NCBI GenBank assembly: GCA_951406725.2
Contig: OX597817.1
Location: 124,558,001-124,622,000 of the forward strand
Direction of reading: 5' to 3'
Source of the DNA: Octopus vulgaris
Taxonomy: Eukaryota
DNA: 64,000 nucleotides
The translations under genes and the position numbers were made by a program. Below the pieces are notes generated by a model. It saw nothing but the letters and a program-made list of their open reading frames with translations. It was not told the DNA's origin and ran no database searches. Positions 37,994-50,001 of this stretch are shown here, piece after piece (position 1 is the stretch's first letter; every line of letters begins with the position of its first letter).

Positions 37994-39129
37994 CATGTAT
38001 ATAAACATGTATATTTGAGAAGGGATATTCGTGTCAGATGTTCAGATGTTGAGCGGTTAAACTATGAAAGAGAGACAAGCACAGATGTCTTTTTATTGAG
38101 ATACATGGCTACCCAATATTAAATTAAGGTGAGTTAGAATAACAAGGTGGTGATGAGTTACCAGAGCAAACTACTAAATGTAATAGAGAATACAAATAGA
38201 ACAATTGGGAAAGAGATATGGGAAATAACATAGGAGTGTGAGATACATAGGACATATTTAGAGGTAGGGGTAGTGCTGAATGTTGTGAGTGATGAACGAA
38301 GTTTGGTTGAGGACAAATATCAGCAGGGAGGGGAGGAAGTGAGAAAGATGGAAGCAGCATAAAAAGATGAGGGGACAAACAGCATCACAGAAAGAGAAGA
38401 GAACTGCTGTGTCATAAATTTCTATACAGATCAGAAAGTAGTGAGGTGTTGAGGTTAGAGTTGGGATAAGAGGGGGATGTACATTGACAAAGATGGAGGT
38501 CAGAGGTATGTAAGGATGGCTTGAGTGAGTGAGGCAACAAAGATGGAGGGCATTGATAGAGGATATGAGAATGATAGCAGATATGAGTCATGACAGTCTA
38601 AGATGTAACCCAGAGGAGAAGGGAAAATATCTGAAAGTAAAGAAAGGAAGTTATCGGTGGAAAATAATGTGGGAAGGAATGATAACGTGAATGAGTGATG
38701 GATGCTAATAGAATTTAGTTCCATTTGAAGAAGGGCAACAAAATTGTGTGAAGGTATACTATTATATATTCATGTTGGAGAGAAATATATGCATTTCCTT
38801 TTTAAGACATATATAGAAAATATTTTCGTGTTCATTGTCAAATGCCTTTCCTCCATGTGTGTGTGTGTGTGTCTACCTACCTATATATCTATGTATTCAT
38901 ATAAGGGTTGTTTGCATTTAACAACACATAAGAGAATAATATATAAAAAAAACTTTTGTATAAAAATTAGAAAAGTCAAAAAGTAAGTACCATATATATA
39001 TCTCTCTTGAATCTTGGTATAAAATATTAAAGAATATTCTTAACAAAACTTATGACAACCAAAATACACCTGCAAAATTGTGTTAAATATTATAAGGTAG
39101 CTGCAACATGATATTCTGCTTGCATTTCT

Positions 39130-39191
39130 TTTATGTATAAATATATACACATATATATCTATATGCACAAATCTATCTATCTATATATATA

Positions 39192-39227
<36 letters not shown>

Positions 39228-39769
39228 TATATACATATATATATATACACATATACATACACATATATTGTTATATATATAAAAACATGCATATATAAAA
39301 TATATATCATATATATATACCAAATTCAAATATATGTGTATGTATGCTTATACATATACACATAAGTACACACACACATGTATATACATACACACACACA
39401 CATATATATATACATAATATACATACTTGTATATATATACATAGTATACATACATATATATATATATATTGTACTCTTTTGTTATCTATAGCAGGTTATC
39501 TATTTAAGCACAGCAAAATGCTTATTTTAGGCAAATCAGGAAATCAGTATGCACTTTCCCAGAGTGAACAATAAAAAGGAAGACAAAAAAAAAGGAAAAT
39601 AGGATGCCAAGATCTTACATGTTGAAATAGCAACGCTTGTATGCTATATATGTGGGTGTGTGTGTTTCAATGCATGCATGCATACATACATACATACATA
39701 CATACACAGACAGACATGCACACACATAAACATGCAAAAATACACCGACATACATATATTCATAAAATC

Positions 39770-39808
<39 letters not shown>

Positions 39809-39824
39809 TTCATACAAATCATAC

Positions 39825-39862
<38 letters not shown>
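39130..39862. repeat. (AT)n/(AC)n/(ATAC)n microsatellite-rich block
   Basis: Direct inspection. Confidence 0.85.
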
Positions 39863-39864
<2 letters not shown>

Positions 39865-39867
39865 CTA

Positions 39868-41068
39868 CAATTATCTCCACCTACGCCCTACAAGCAGGCC
39901 TACTAAATGAAAAGATTCACTTTTATGATAGTCTTCTGCAGGTTACCTAAAAAATGAGTGATAATGATCACATCTTTGTGGCTGGAGATTTTAATGGGCA
40001 TGTCAGACAGCAATCTGGTATCTTCTATGGTGTACATAGGGGCCACAGAGTTGGTATCAGAAATGAAGAAGGAACTAGATACCTGGAGTTCTGCGATGCA
40101 AATAACCTATTGATCCACAACACCAACTTCAGTAATCCAGCTAGCCTATCAATCAGGTGACTCTGCTAACCAGATCGATTTCATTCTCACCAGGCAGCAG
40201 GATGCATGATTGCTCTTAAATACTAAGACCCTCCCTGGTGAAGAATTTACCCTGCAACATAGACTACTTATTAGTGACTTTAGACTGACGGCCAGAAGGA
40301 TGCCAAAAACCAGGCCAATCTGGAAAAGAATGATTTGGAAGCTTAGGAAACCTTCACATGGGCAGAGATTTAGGGATATCCTTAACGAGAAATTTGATGA
40401 TACGGAGGAGGAGCTACAGTCCTGTGACATAGAAGGCAGCTGGAATTTCCTGTGAGACAGCTTGCTGAGTACCAGAGACCAAATTTGTGGGTGGTGCAAA
40501 GTCCCTTCCAGACCTAGGATAACATGGTGATGGAACAACACTATAGACCGGGCCATTAGAGCAAAGAACAGGCCTGGAATGCCTGGAAGAGTGGGGGTAG
40601 CAGGAGAATGTATCAGATAGCCAAAAGGGAAGCTAAAAGACAGGTATGTATAGCCAAGGAAGTAGCAGAAAAGAAGAAGTTTGCCAATGTTTAGCGATGT
40701 GAGGACCAAAGAACTGAAGTATTTTAGATTGCAAGACAGAGTGTGAGAGAAAACCGTGATGTCGTAGGAGAGAAATGTGTCCACATGGATGATGGTGCCC
40801 TTGCGTTCAATGATTCTGCAAAGAAAAAGGCTTGGAGAAGCCATTATGAAAGACTGTTGAATGTGGAGAATGAATGGTAGGAGGAGAGTCTGCCAAAGTT
40901 TGACCCAATTGAGGGATCAGCTCAGAATTGACAGTACCCAGGTAGATAAAGCAATTAAGGATATGAAGAGAGGGAAAGCACCTGGTCCATCAGCAATTAC
41001 TGCTGGAATACTTAAAATATTGGGTGGTGTGGGTTATGGTCTTGTCACCCACATCATAAATCAGGTAC
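39868..41068 (+). mobile_element. RTE-clade LINE fragment (APE endonuclease through pre-RT region), degraded
   Basis: IISTYALQAG..FYDSL..VAGDFNGHV..G.RNEEG.R.LEFCDANNL.I.NTNF..QIDFIL..QHRLLISDF..IWKL..TWWWN-like..MKRGKAPGPS, with many stops. Confidence 0.9.
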
Positions 41069-41069
41069 T

Positions 41070-41260
41070 TCATGCTGGTGGTACATAAAAAGCACCGACT
41101 ACACTCTCGGAATGGTTGGCATTAGGAAGGGCATCCAGTGGTAGAAACTCTGCCGGACCATTTTGGAGCCTGGTGCAGTCGCTGGCTCTCCAGACCTCAG
41201 TCAGACCGTCCAACTCATGCCAGCATGGAAAACAGACGTTAATCGATGATAATGATGATG
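41070..41260 (+). mobile_element. Family R element 3' part (1 VNTR unit) abutting the RTE fragment
   Basis: TGGTACATAAAAAGCACC..TTGGCATTAGGAAGGGCATCCAG..CATGGAAAACAGACGTTAATCGATGATAATGATG. Confidence 0.8.
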
Positions 41261-41330
41261 ATATATATACACACACACACACACATGTATATATACACAT
41301 GTATATAAACACACACACACATATATATAT

Positions 41331-41727
41331 AAGACAATTACAATGAATACATAGATTAGTATGTCTGTATATTTTTTTATTTATACAAGAAATAATGCTG
41401 CATATTTGGCTTAAATGTGTCTCATATACGTTTCTGCTGCATAGATAACTAGTAATTGCATTTGCATCCAGTTATTTTCAACTGGTTATTAGTCTATGCA
41501 ACTTTATTCAAGGACCATCCAATGACGTGGTTTGAGGATGGGTCTGAAATAAAGTTGCAGAGACTAATAACCAGTCGAAAGTAAATGGATGCAAATACAA
41601 TTGCTAGTTATCTATGTAGCAGAAACGGGTGTAGAACACATTTAAACTAAATATGTTATACAGTTGCCTGTATAAATAAAAAAAAACATGCAGATATAGT
41701 AATGTGTGTATTCACTGTAATTACCTT
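41331..41727. repeat. Long imperfect foldback (palindrome), ~190-bp arms
   Basis: For example CATAGATAACTAG.AATTG.ATTTGCATCCA / TGGATGCAAAT.CAATT.CTAGTTATCTATG; short loop at ~41521-41536. Confidence 0.9.
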
Positions 41728-41909
41728 GGATATACACTCGGTGAAATATTTATAATCCAGTAAAGCAAATCCAGGATTTGCCCATTGGATGAAATATAGT
41801 GGGATTGCTTACCTTAATTAATTCTTGATGTAACTTACAACTTGAGGAAGCTAGCCATAATCTAGATTATAACTGAGTACTTGTATGCTATCTCCCTATC
41901 TTTTCATTA

Positions 41910-42302
41910 TCTCTCTATATATAAACGGCAGTTTGTCTGTCTGTGTATCTGTGTGTCTGTCAGGTTGTACCCTCACCCTGACCACGGCTTTCAACCGGTT
42001 CTGATGAAACTTGACACACACATAGCCCAATGTCATAATTCAAAACTAACGCAGCAAAACTTTTGAAAAGTTCGCCCAGTTTTAAAAATAATCGATAAAT
42101 TCGACATGGGGTCGAGAATTTAAGCTTTTTATATGCAGGAGACAGCTAGGAACATCGTATACATAGAAGTGTTCGAGTGAAGAGAAGACGTTGCAACCTA
42201 CACATGCGCCTTCGTTCCCTAGAGGGAAAGAACTAGATTGGGATTAGTCGTTGCTTACTAGGGGCTCTTACATACCCGGGCAATGCCGGGCTATGCTGCT
42301 AG
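41910..42302 (+). mobile_element. Non-autonomous Helitron (same family as 17768-18208, ~50-bp internal deletion)
   Basis: A|TCTCTCTATATATAAACGGCAG ... CCCGGGCAATGCCGGG-CTATGCTG-CTAG|T. Confidence 0.9.
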
Positions 42303-42309
42303 TATGTAC

Positions 42310-42362
<53 letters not shown>

Positions 42363-42368
42363 TGTATG

Positions 42369-42419
<51 letters not shown>

Positions 42420-43122
42420 TACTCAAAGGAATTCCAATTCTGTCTGTTTTTTTATGTTTTACTTATATTCTTATAGTAATAATATAGGATATGGAATATA
42501 GATTATATAGTAAAAAAGAAATGAAACGAAGTATTGAATGTTTTATTGAAAATTAAATATTAAATGTCTATTCTCCTTGAACTAGTATACTTTCTTGCAG
42601 GTTGTGACAGGAATGCTTCGACTAATATATTCTTCTATACACAATCATACAAATTGATATCCGTTTCTATATCTATGTATATACAGGATGAATGTATTGA
42701 TATAAAAGTATATGTATGGCTGCCTGTGTATGATGTTCACTTCTGAACCACTTCACTTCAGGTTCTGTCTCATTGAGTGACATCTTTGAAAAATGTCTTC
42801 AAGTATAACACCAAACCTACTAAAGCTTTGTGAATAATGTGGTAAACAGAAAGTGAAAGAAGTACATTCAGAGAGAGAGAGAGAGAGAGTGCATATGCCC
42901 ATGTGCGCGTGTGTGTGTGTATGGATCGTTGTATTACTGCATCAACCAAACTATCAGATGTTGTTATACACCACTGGTCACAATGTTTCTTTGTTTGTAT
43001 GTATGTTGATCATTATAACTCAATGACATACACATGTTTCTTTATGGTGATCTCATTTGTCACTCCATCTACTGAATTTCCTATGATAATGAAAGAGGGG
43101 CAATGTATGCAAACCTGACCAG

Positions 43123-44535
43123 TTATATTAAAAGTACAGAGTGCCTGGGTTAAATTTGACAATTTTATGTCTTGTTATTTTTCGGGAACAGCTTGATGTA
43201 TTGGGAACAGTCAACGGTTTTGGATAGTTAAAGTTGTAGCCGAGAAAAACTTAGCTGACATGGAAGACTGGAAGCCATCAGAATATTGGGAAAGTGTTAC
43301 CTACACTCCAAACCATGCAAATCTGCAATAGCGCTGAATAATTGTCTAAGAGTCATGGATGGAATGTCTAAAATACCATTGGCAATGAGGAATCACAACT
43401 CAAAACAATGCTGAAAGTCACTGTAATTGAGCCTAAATTATTTGTAACATAAACCTGAGACTATGCCAAGTGGTGGTGTGCCATCACCATTGGAACCAAA
43501 AGCTTCAAAGTCACCAGAAGAGAAACGAAGAAATTAAATGACAGGAGAGAAAAGCTCATCAAACCAACCTCATCCTCCACCAACATTGCCATGCAGTCAA
43601 GGCAATCAACTCTTGTTGTTGTTTGTATAGGAGTTTCTGAAGTTGTTGCTGCTGCTGCTGCTGCTGCTGCTACTACTTTTACTACTGCCACCACCAACAC
43701 CACTACTGCTGCAGCTGCTACTGTTGCTGCTTCTACCACTGCATAATAATCTATGGAATTACAATCAGGAGAATTAGAAGCCAGAAATTGGAAGTGGTGA
43801 AGTCATAGAAAGGAGCCAAATTCAACGAAGATTTAACCACAGTCTCCAGCAGCTTCACATAACTATCTGAGTGGAGCCTAAGGCTCTGTTCAAAGTTGTG
43901 GTGCTGCATGATGTAACCCTCTTGGGAGACACATTCAAAGACCATCACAGTTTGTGTATCTTGGTTTCCCTGATGTCCAAAACACATCTTGCAGCCTTTA
44001 CAGTGTTCACAGAGCATTGAGTAATGGTCATGATGTTGGCATTTGAATACCTGTGGAGGCACATGGCCTAGTGGTTAGAGCAGCTGACTCGCGGTGGAGG
44101 GATCACGGGTTCGAGTCTCAGACTGGGCGATGTGTGTGTTTATGAGCAAACTTCTGCTGACTCTTTCGCCACAACTTTCTCTCACTCTTTCCTCCTGCAT
44201 CGTGCTGCTCACCTGCAATGGGCTGGCATCCCATCCAGGTGGGGAACCTATACGCCAAAGAAACCGGGAAACCAGCCCTTATGGGCCAGGCATGGCTCGA
44301 GAAGGAACAAACAACAACATTTGAATACCAGGCATGAATCATCATGGTACAGGTAACACTTTTCCAATATTCTGATGGCTTCCAGTCTCCCATGTCAGCT
44401 AAGTTTTTCTCAGCTACAACTTTAACTCTCCAAAATCGTTGACTGTTCCCACCCAATATATCAAGCTGTTCCCGAAAAAAAAACAAGACATAAAATTGTC
44501 AAATTTAACCCAGGCACTCTGTACTTTTAATATAA
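43123..44535 (-). mobile_element. Tc1/mariner-superfamily (maT/DD37D-like) transposon with ~180-bp TIRs, internally deleted
   Basis: Inverted arms at 43123-43302 and 44351-44535. Minus-strand remnants: MGDWKPSEYWK.., QTVMVFECVSQEG..LRLHSDSYVKLLETVVK, FYDFTTSNFW/SNSPDCNSIDYY (WPPNSPD.NP.DY motif). Confidence 0.85.
44052..44317 (+). mobile_element. tRNA-head SINE (family N-related) inserted in the transposase, 12-bp TSD
   Basis: A-box TGGCCTAGTGG, B-box GGTTCGAGTCT, CCTGCAATGGGCTGGCATCCCATCCAGG centre, (CAA)n tail; CATTTGAATACC at 44040-44051 and 44318-44329. Confidence 0.9.
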
Positions 44536-44619
44536 ATACCAAGCTTTCTGCCTTTTAGTTAATATTGCTGTTATGATAAGGAGAACAGCGAAACTCTCAT
44601 AGAAATAATATACCAATAT

Positions 44620-45040
44620 GAAGGCAGCGAGCTGGCAGAAGCGTTAGCATGCCAGGTGAAATGCTTAGTGGCATTTCGTCTGCTGCTACGTTCTGAGTTC
44701 AAATTCCACCGAGGTCGACTTTGCCTTTCATCCTTTGGGGGTCGATTAAATAAGTACCAGTTATGCACTGGGGTCAATATAATCGATTTAATCCGTTTGT
44801 CTGTCCTTGTTTGTCCCCTCTGTGTGTAGCCCCTTGTGGGCAGTAAAGAACTAGGTATTTCATTGGCCGTTACGTTCTGAGTTCAAATTCTGCCGAGGTT
44901 GACTTTGTCTTTCATCCTTTCAGGGTCGATAAATTAAGTACCAGTTACGCACTGGGGTCGATAAAATCGACTTAATCCGTTTGTCTGTCCTTGTTTGTCC
45001 CCTCTGTGTGTAGCCCCTTGTGGGCAGTAAAGAAATAAGA
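44620..45040 (+). mobile_element. Family M SINE with duplicated body (1.7-mer), young
   Basis: Head GAAGGCAGCGAGCTGGCAGAA; body twice; flanked by AATAATATACCAA(A)TAT TSD-like repeat. Confidence 0.9.
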
Positions 45041-46333
45041 ATAATATACCAAATATAAAGTTAATTCCTTCCTGAAACAAAAAAGTTTTACTGCATTTCG
45101 AGCACATTTTAATAAAAGATGTAGGACTGCCAAATTTTAAACAACAGCAGTTGAAATATTTTCAAAAGCTTTAATGCTTGATCTCTAGGTTACTTGAAGG
45201 AACCTTTTCCCAATTATTATCAGTTTTAATGAACTGCTGCTGACATTAGAGTCAATAGAGACACAGACTTCATTGTCAGTTGTTTAATGCTTCGTTAATT
45301 AGTAAAGCATTTTGTTTAGAAATGAAAATCCTATAATTTTATTTACCAGCAATTTATATGTCAAAAGAAGGACTTGAATCGGTGAACAAAAGAAGCTATC
45401 AGTAGGAAGGAACATGCTAACACATTGATCAAGTGTTAGATTCAGAAGAAATTACGCTGTATAATATGTTCTGTTATAAATTGTCTGAATTACATAAAGC
45501 TGTTAATTTGATTTCTGTCCATGGCATTAATTTCTCATAGAAATCACAAATCAAAGGAAATAATCTAATAAAAATTAGCAACTGATTGAAAATCGACAAA
45601 AACAAATACACAAACACAGAAGCATGAACACAGTAGAGTATACTTACTATTAAGGATGAAAATTGATCCGTAAGTCTACTTCGGTCAAATTAATTATTTT
45701 CTGAGCTATTTATTGCCATTAACTAAAACAAAACTTTATTAACAGCAAATTACATAGAGTGACCTAAGTTTATAAGTTTATATCAGGAATATAAAAAAAA
45801 GAAAAAGAAAATCAATTCGGTATCAATGTATAAAATGAATTTATCTATTTTATACATGGTTCTTTACATGAATGCAATATTTTATGATAAGCTTTTAAAA
45901 TGAGCCATAAAATTGGATGAGTGCTTCAAAAGGTCGGAGGTTGTCGTAATGATTTACAAGTATGCAAAGGACAACAAATTAATTAACTTTTCTTAACCAG
46001 AAGGTGAATTCCAACCAGTAAAGATCTGAGCTAAGGCAGAGAATACAGTACTTAATGTGAATCCCACACTCTTAGAAAATAGTTTCCCAGTAAAAGTTGA
46101 TTTTAATGTAATTTGTTTGAAAGTAAATTGTATAGCAGGAATTACAGGCTTCGTCTAATATTCTTGGAGAGTATATAATAATATTCAAGTCAACAGCTAC
46201 CTTTATGAATGAGAATTTTAGTCATAACTTAACTAGCAATAATAAAATATTTATACAATTACATTATCAAATTACTTGGAAATATTAAAGAATAAATTTA
46301 AACTTTATGACGAAGGTAGATTTTTTCCCCTCA

Positions 46334-46340
46334 TATATGT

Positions 46341-46417
<77 letters not shown>

Positions 46418-46434
46418 CATATATATATATATAC

Positions 46435-46488
<54 letters not shown>

Positions 46489-46491
46489 ATG

Positions 46492-46523
<32 letters not shown>

Positions 46524-46535
46524 TGTATATATATG

Positions 46536-46625
<90 letters not shown>

Positions 46626-46634
46626 CATATATGT
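46334..46634. repeat. ~300-bp (AT)n microsatellite
   Basis: Direct inspection. Confidence 0.97.
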
Positions 46635-47359
46635 AAAACAGTGCAATATTTCAAAAAGTTATTGATTAAATAAATGTGATGCCTTTAACTATTTTGCTTT
46701 GAAATACAGAAAGTTAAATGAAATGAAAATCTATTTAATTCCTACCTATGGCTCACCTAAGATGAAAAAATTATTTTTTAAAGGTACTGCCTTGAAGATA
46801 GCTATCATGGCAATAAATAGATTCTGATCTTGATTACTTATAGATAAAACTGTTCAATTCATGTTTATTTTTTAATGTTTAGCTATTTTGTATCATATCT
46901 TAGTGTCTACTGGTTGTGAAACAGCTTCTTTTATGATCTAGTTTTACCTAAGATAAAACGTTACTTCTGATGTTCCTATGCACGTTTTCCTCTTTATAGC
47001 TGGTTCATTGTTCCCTTTTCTGTCTTTTGTTTTTATCTTCTCTACTAAGTATGAATTTTGACTATCATTGCTGTCTGTTTTTACATGACATGTTGATGCT
47101 TTCTGACACCTTTTCAAAATTCTTTCTTTATTGTATTATAGTGAACCTGAACACTGCCTACAATAAATTATTATATTATATATGCTGACATGAAGAAAAT
47201 TTTTACGAAAAATGTTTTTTTGTTTTTTATCATGTAAACTCCTAGTTTACGTCTTGTGCATAGCACAACTTCAGCTGCTGTATTGAGCGCAGATGATCAG
47301 TTATGAAGGCAACCAGGGCGAAGACGGAACATCTACAGAGTATCTTTGATCTTTTATGT

Positions 47360-47950
47360 GTCTTTTACTTGTTTCAGTTACTTGCCTGTGGCCATGCTTG
47401 GGCACTGCCTTGAATTTAAATGAAACAAATCAACCCACGTACTTTTTTGTTTTTCAAACCTGGTACTTATTCTGTTATTTTCCTTTGTAAAACTTCTAAG
47501 TTATCAGGATGTAAACATACCAACACCAGTTGCCAAACAGTGGTAGGTGTAAACACAGGCACAAAGAAATACACATACATACATACAATGGGCTTCTTTC
47601 GGTTTCTTATTTCTTTATTGCCCTCAAGGGGCTAAACATAGAGGGGACAAACAAGGACAGACAGTGCATAACTGGTACTTAATTTATCGACCCCGAAAGG
47701 ATGAAAGACTAAGTTGACCTCGTCGGAATTTGAACTCAGAAAATAACGACAGATGAAATACTGCTAAGCATTTCACCCGGCGTGGAAACATTTCTGCCAG
47801 CTCGCCACCTCTTTCAGTTTCGATCTACCAAATACACTCACAAGGCTTTTGTTGGCCTGGGGCTATTCTAGAAGACACTTGCCTAAGTTGCCACATAGTG
47901 GGACTTAGCCTGAGGCTGTATGGTTGGGGAGCAAACTTCTTATCACCTAG
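47360..47950 (-). mobile_element. Family C SINE with a family M SINE nested at ~47608-47810
   Basis: Family C sequence is interrupted at CTTTC(G/A)GTTTC, which is repeated on both sides of the insert. Confidence 0.85.
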
Positions 47951-49183
47951 CTAACTCTGTTTGCTAAAAATAGCTGACAGCTTTCCTGAGGTCATTCTCT
48001 ACAATCTTAAAAAAGGTATGACTGACTGAAAAAGGTAGTTCTAGGTACACTATACTTGAAAAGAACCATAAAAAAATACACACTTGTTCATATCCCTTGT
48101 AAATGCTAGTGAAAATACTAAGCCAATGTATAAACTTATACATGGTTGCTCAATATGCAAAAAGTAGCAGCTAAATTTCCCTAAAACCACAGTCTACTGT
48201 CTTTAAAAATGGAAAAGATATAGTAAACAATGTAATCCAAGTTAATTTCTCTATGCGATAAACTGGTCATGGCTAGAGAGTGTTTGGACTTAGATCTATG
48301 GTGATAAGAGTTGTGGTGATAACAGCAAGGACAACAACTGCTATTGAACATTGCCTTCTGTACATGGAAATAGATGTAACATTAAACGAAGTTCAAGGTA
48401 ACCGAAACTGTTGCACATGTTGAAGAAGTTTGACAAAAGCATAAATGGCAAAGCATGCATTTTTGGATGAGTGGGGAGAATTTCTGTTAAAAGGTGGTAT
48501 ATAGTAGAAATTTTACACATTTTGCTTGATTGTACATCATTCTTTTAAAGAGTGATAATGATTTTAAATGTGTTCTATGGGTGCAGATTATGTATGTTAG
48601 CTACCGAAAGTAAGAATAAGAGAGAAAGACCATGACTCTTGAAATGAAATGGAATAAAAAGATCTTTTGTTTTATAGTGAAAAGTCAAACTAATGAAAAT
48701 TAAAAGACAAAAACAGAATTGCAAAGAAGACTGTGAAACACAGAACTCATCTATCAATTCTTGAAAGGTAGAAAATGAAATGGAAACTTGATATATTCTT
48801 CATTTGATGAATATGGTCATGTATAAACAAATTCGTGGCCACAAAGGGGATGGTTATGCAACATCAAGTAATATATTGGGAAGAAAATGATGAAAAACAT
48901 GAGGATCATTGATGACTGAGAAAGGAGGGAGGAGATTGTATCTCTTGTAGGTGACTCTTGGCAACAACAGTCTCTCTCTAAGTTGTATTTCATACCGAAT
49001 ATTTTATTTATATTAAACAATAATTCTATAGCATATATCACATAAGCATTTTTGTAGCATTTGTGACTCATGCACATATATATATATCAATACACACACA
49101 CAAATATATATATATATATGTGTGTATGCATACACACATACACATACATACATACATATATATATATTTAGATATATATATTT

Positions 49184-49689
49184 ATAGTCAATCTAAACAT
49201 GAACAAGCAAGAAAAATCAACAACACGAAAACATAGAATAAGTACAATGTTATTGGACACCTCAGGAAAGGAAAGAAAAGAAAAAGAATTTCACGTTTCG
49301 AGCAGAGCTCTTCATCAGAAATATAGAAAAAGTCCAAAGAAGGGAAGACGGAGGAAGAAAATCACCAATGATACACACGTGGTCACATATTGAAGGAGTG
49401 GAGGTCAGGCATGATGAGATGGTGTGAATGTCGATGTAGGTGTTATTGGTGGTGAGAAAAAGAGAAAAGTGGAAGTAAAAGAAGAAAGGTAAAAGGAGGA
49501 CGAGAAAAAGTGCAAGAGTCACGGACAAATTGTGATGATTTCCAATCAAGATTAGAGTGGTGTAATCCGAATGAATGGCAACAGTAATCTGCAGGTAAAA
49601 GAATTCCAGGAATTGGTTACTCCAAAGTCAGTCAGAAGGCTGGGGTCTGTGTGAGCGTGCAGTACATAGTCAATCCAAACATGAACAAG
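49184..49689 (-). mobile_element. Penelope-like terminal relic with short direct terminal repeat and hammerhead-like motif
   Basis: ATAGTCAATC(T/C)AAACATGAACAAG at ~49184 and ~49666; minus strand ATTT-CTGATGA-A-GAGC-TCT-GCTC-GAAACGT-G-AAAT at 49288-49322. Confidence 0.6.
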
Positions 49690-49875
49690 GAGGGTGGCAA
49701 GCTGGCAGAATCTTTAACATGCCAGTTGAAGTGCTTAGCGTATTTCGTCTGCCATTGCATTTGAGTTCAAAGTCTGCTGAGGTCAACTTTACCTTTCATT
49801 CTTTTGGGGTCGATTAACTTAATCCATTTGTCTGTCCTTGTTTGTCTCGTCTATGTTTAGCCCCTGAAATAAAAA
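49690..49875 (+). mobile_element. Family M SINE (degraded)
   Basis: GGTGGCAAGCTGGCAGAA..GAGTTCAAA..GGTCAACTTTACCTTTCATTC..TGTCTGTCCTTGTTTG. Confidence 0.8.
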
Positions 49876-49959
49876 AATATATATGTATGTATGTATGCAT
49901 ATAAATATATATATATATGTGTACATGAAGAAGTTCTAAAAACTGTATGTGTGTGTGTA

Positions 49960-49989
<30 letters not shown>

Positions 49990-50001
<12 letters not shown>

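Noticed and set aside
43461-43739. Ala/Val-rich ORF
   Set aside because: Derived from a (GCT)/(ACT/ACC) trinucleotide tract inside the transposon remnant.
44052-44125. tRNA-like sequence with A and B boxes
   Set aside because: It is the head of a SINE with body, tail and 12-bp TSD; no complete cloverleaf with acceptor stem.
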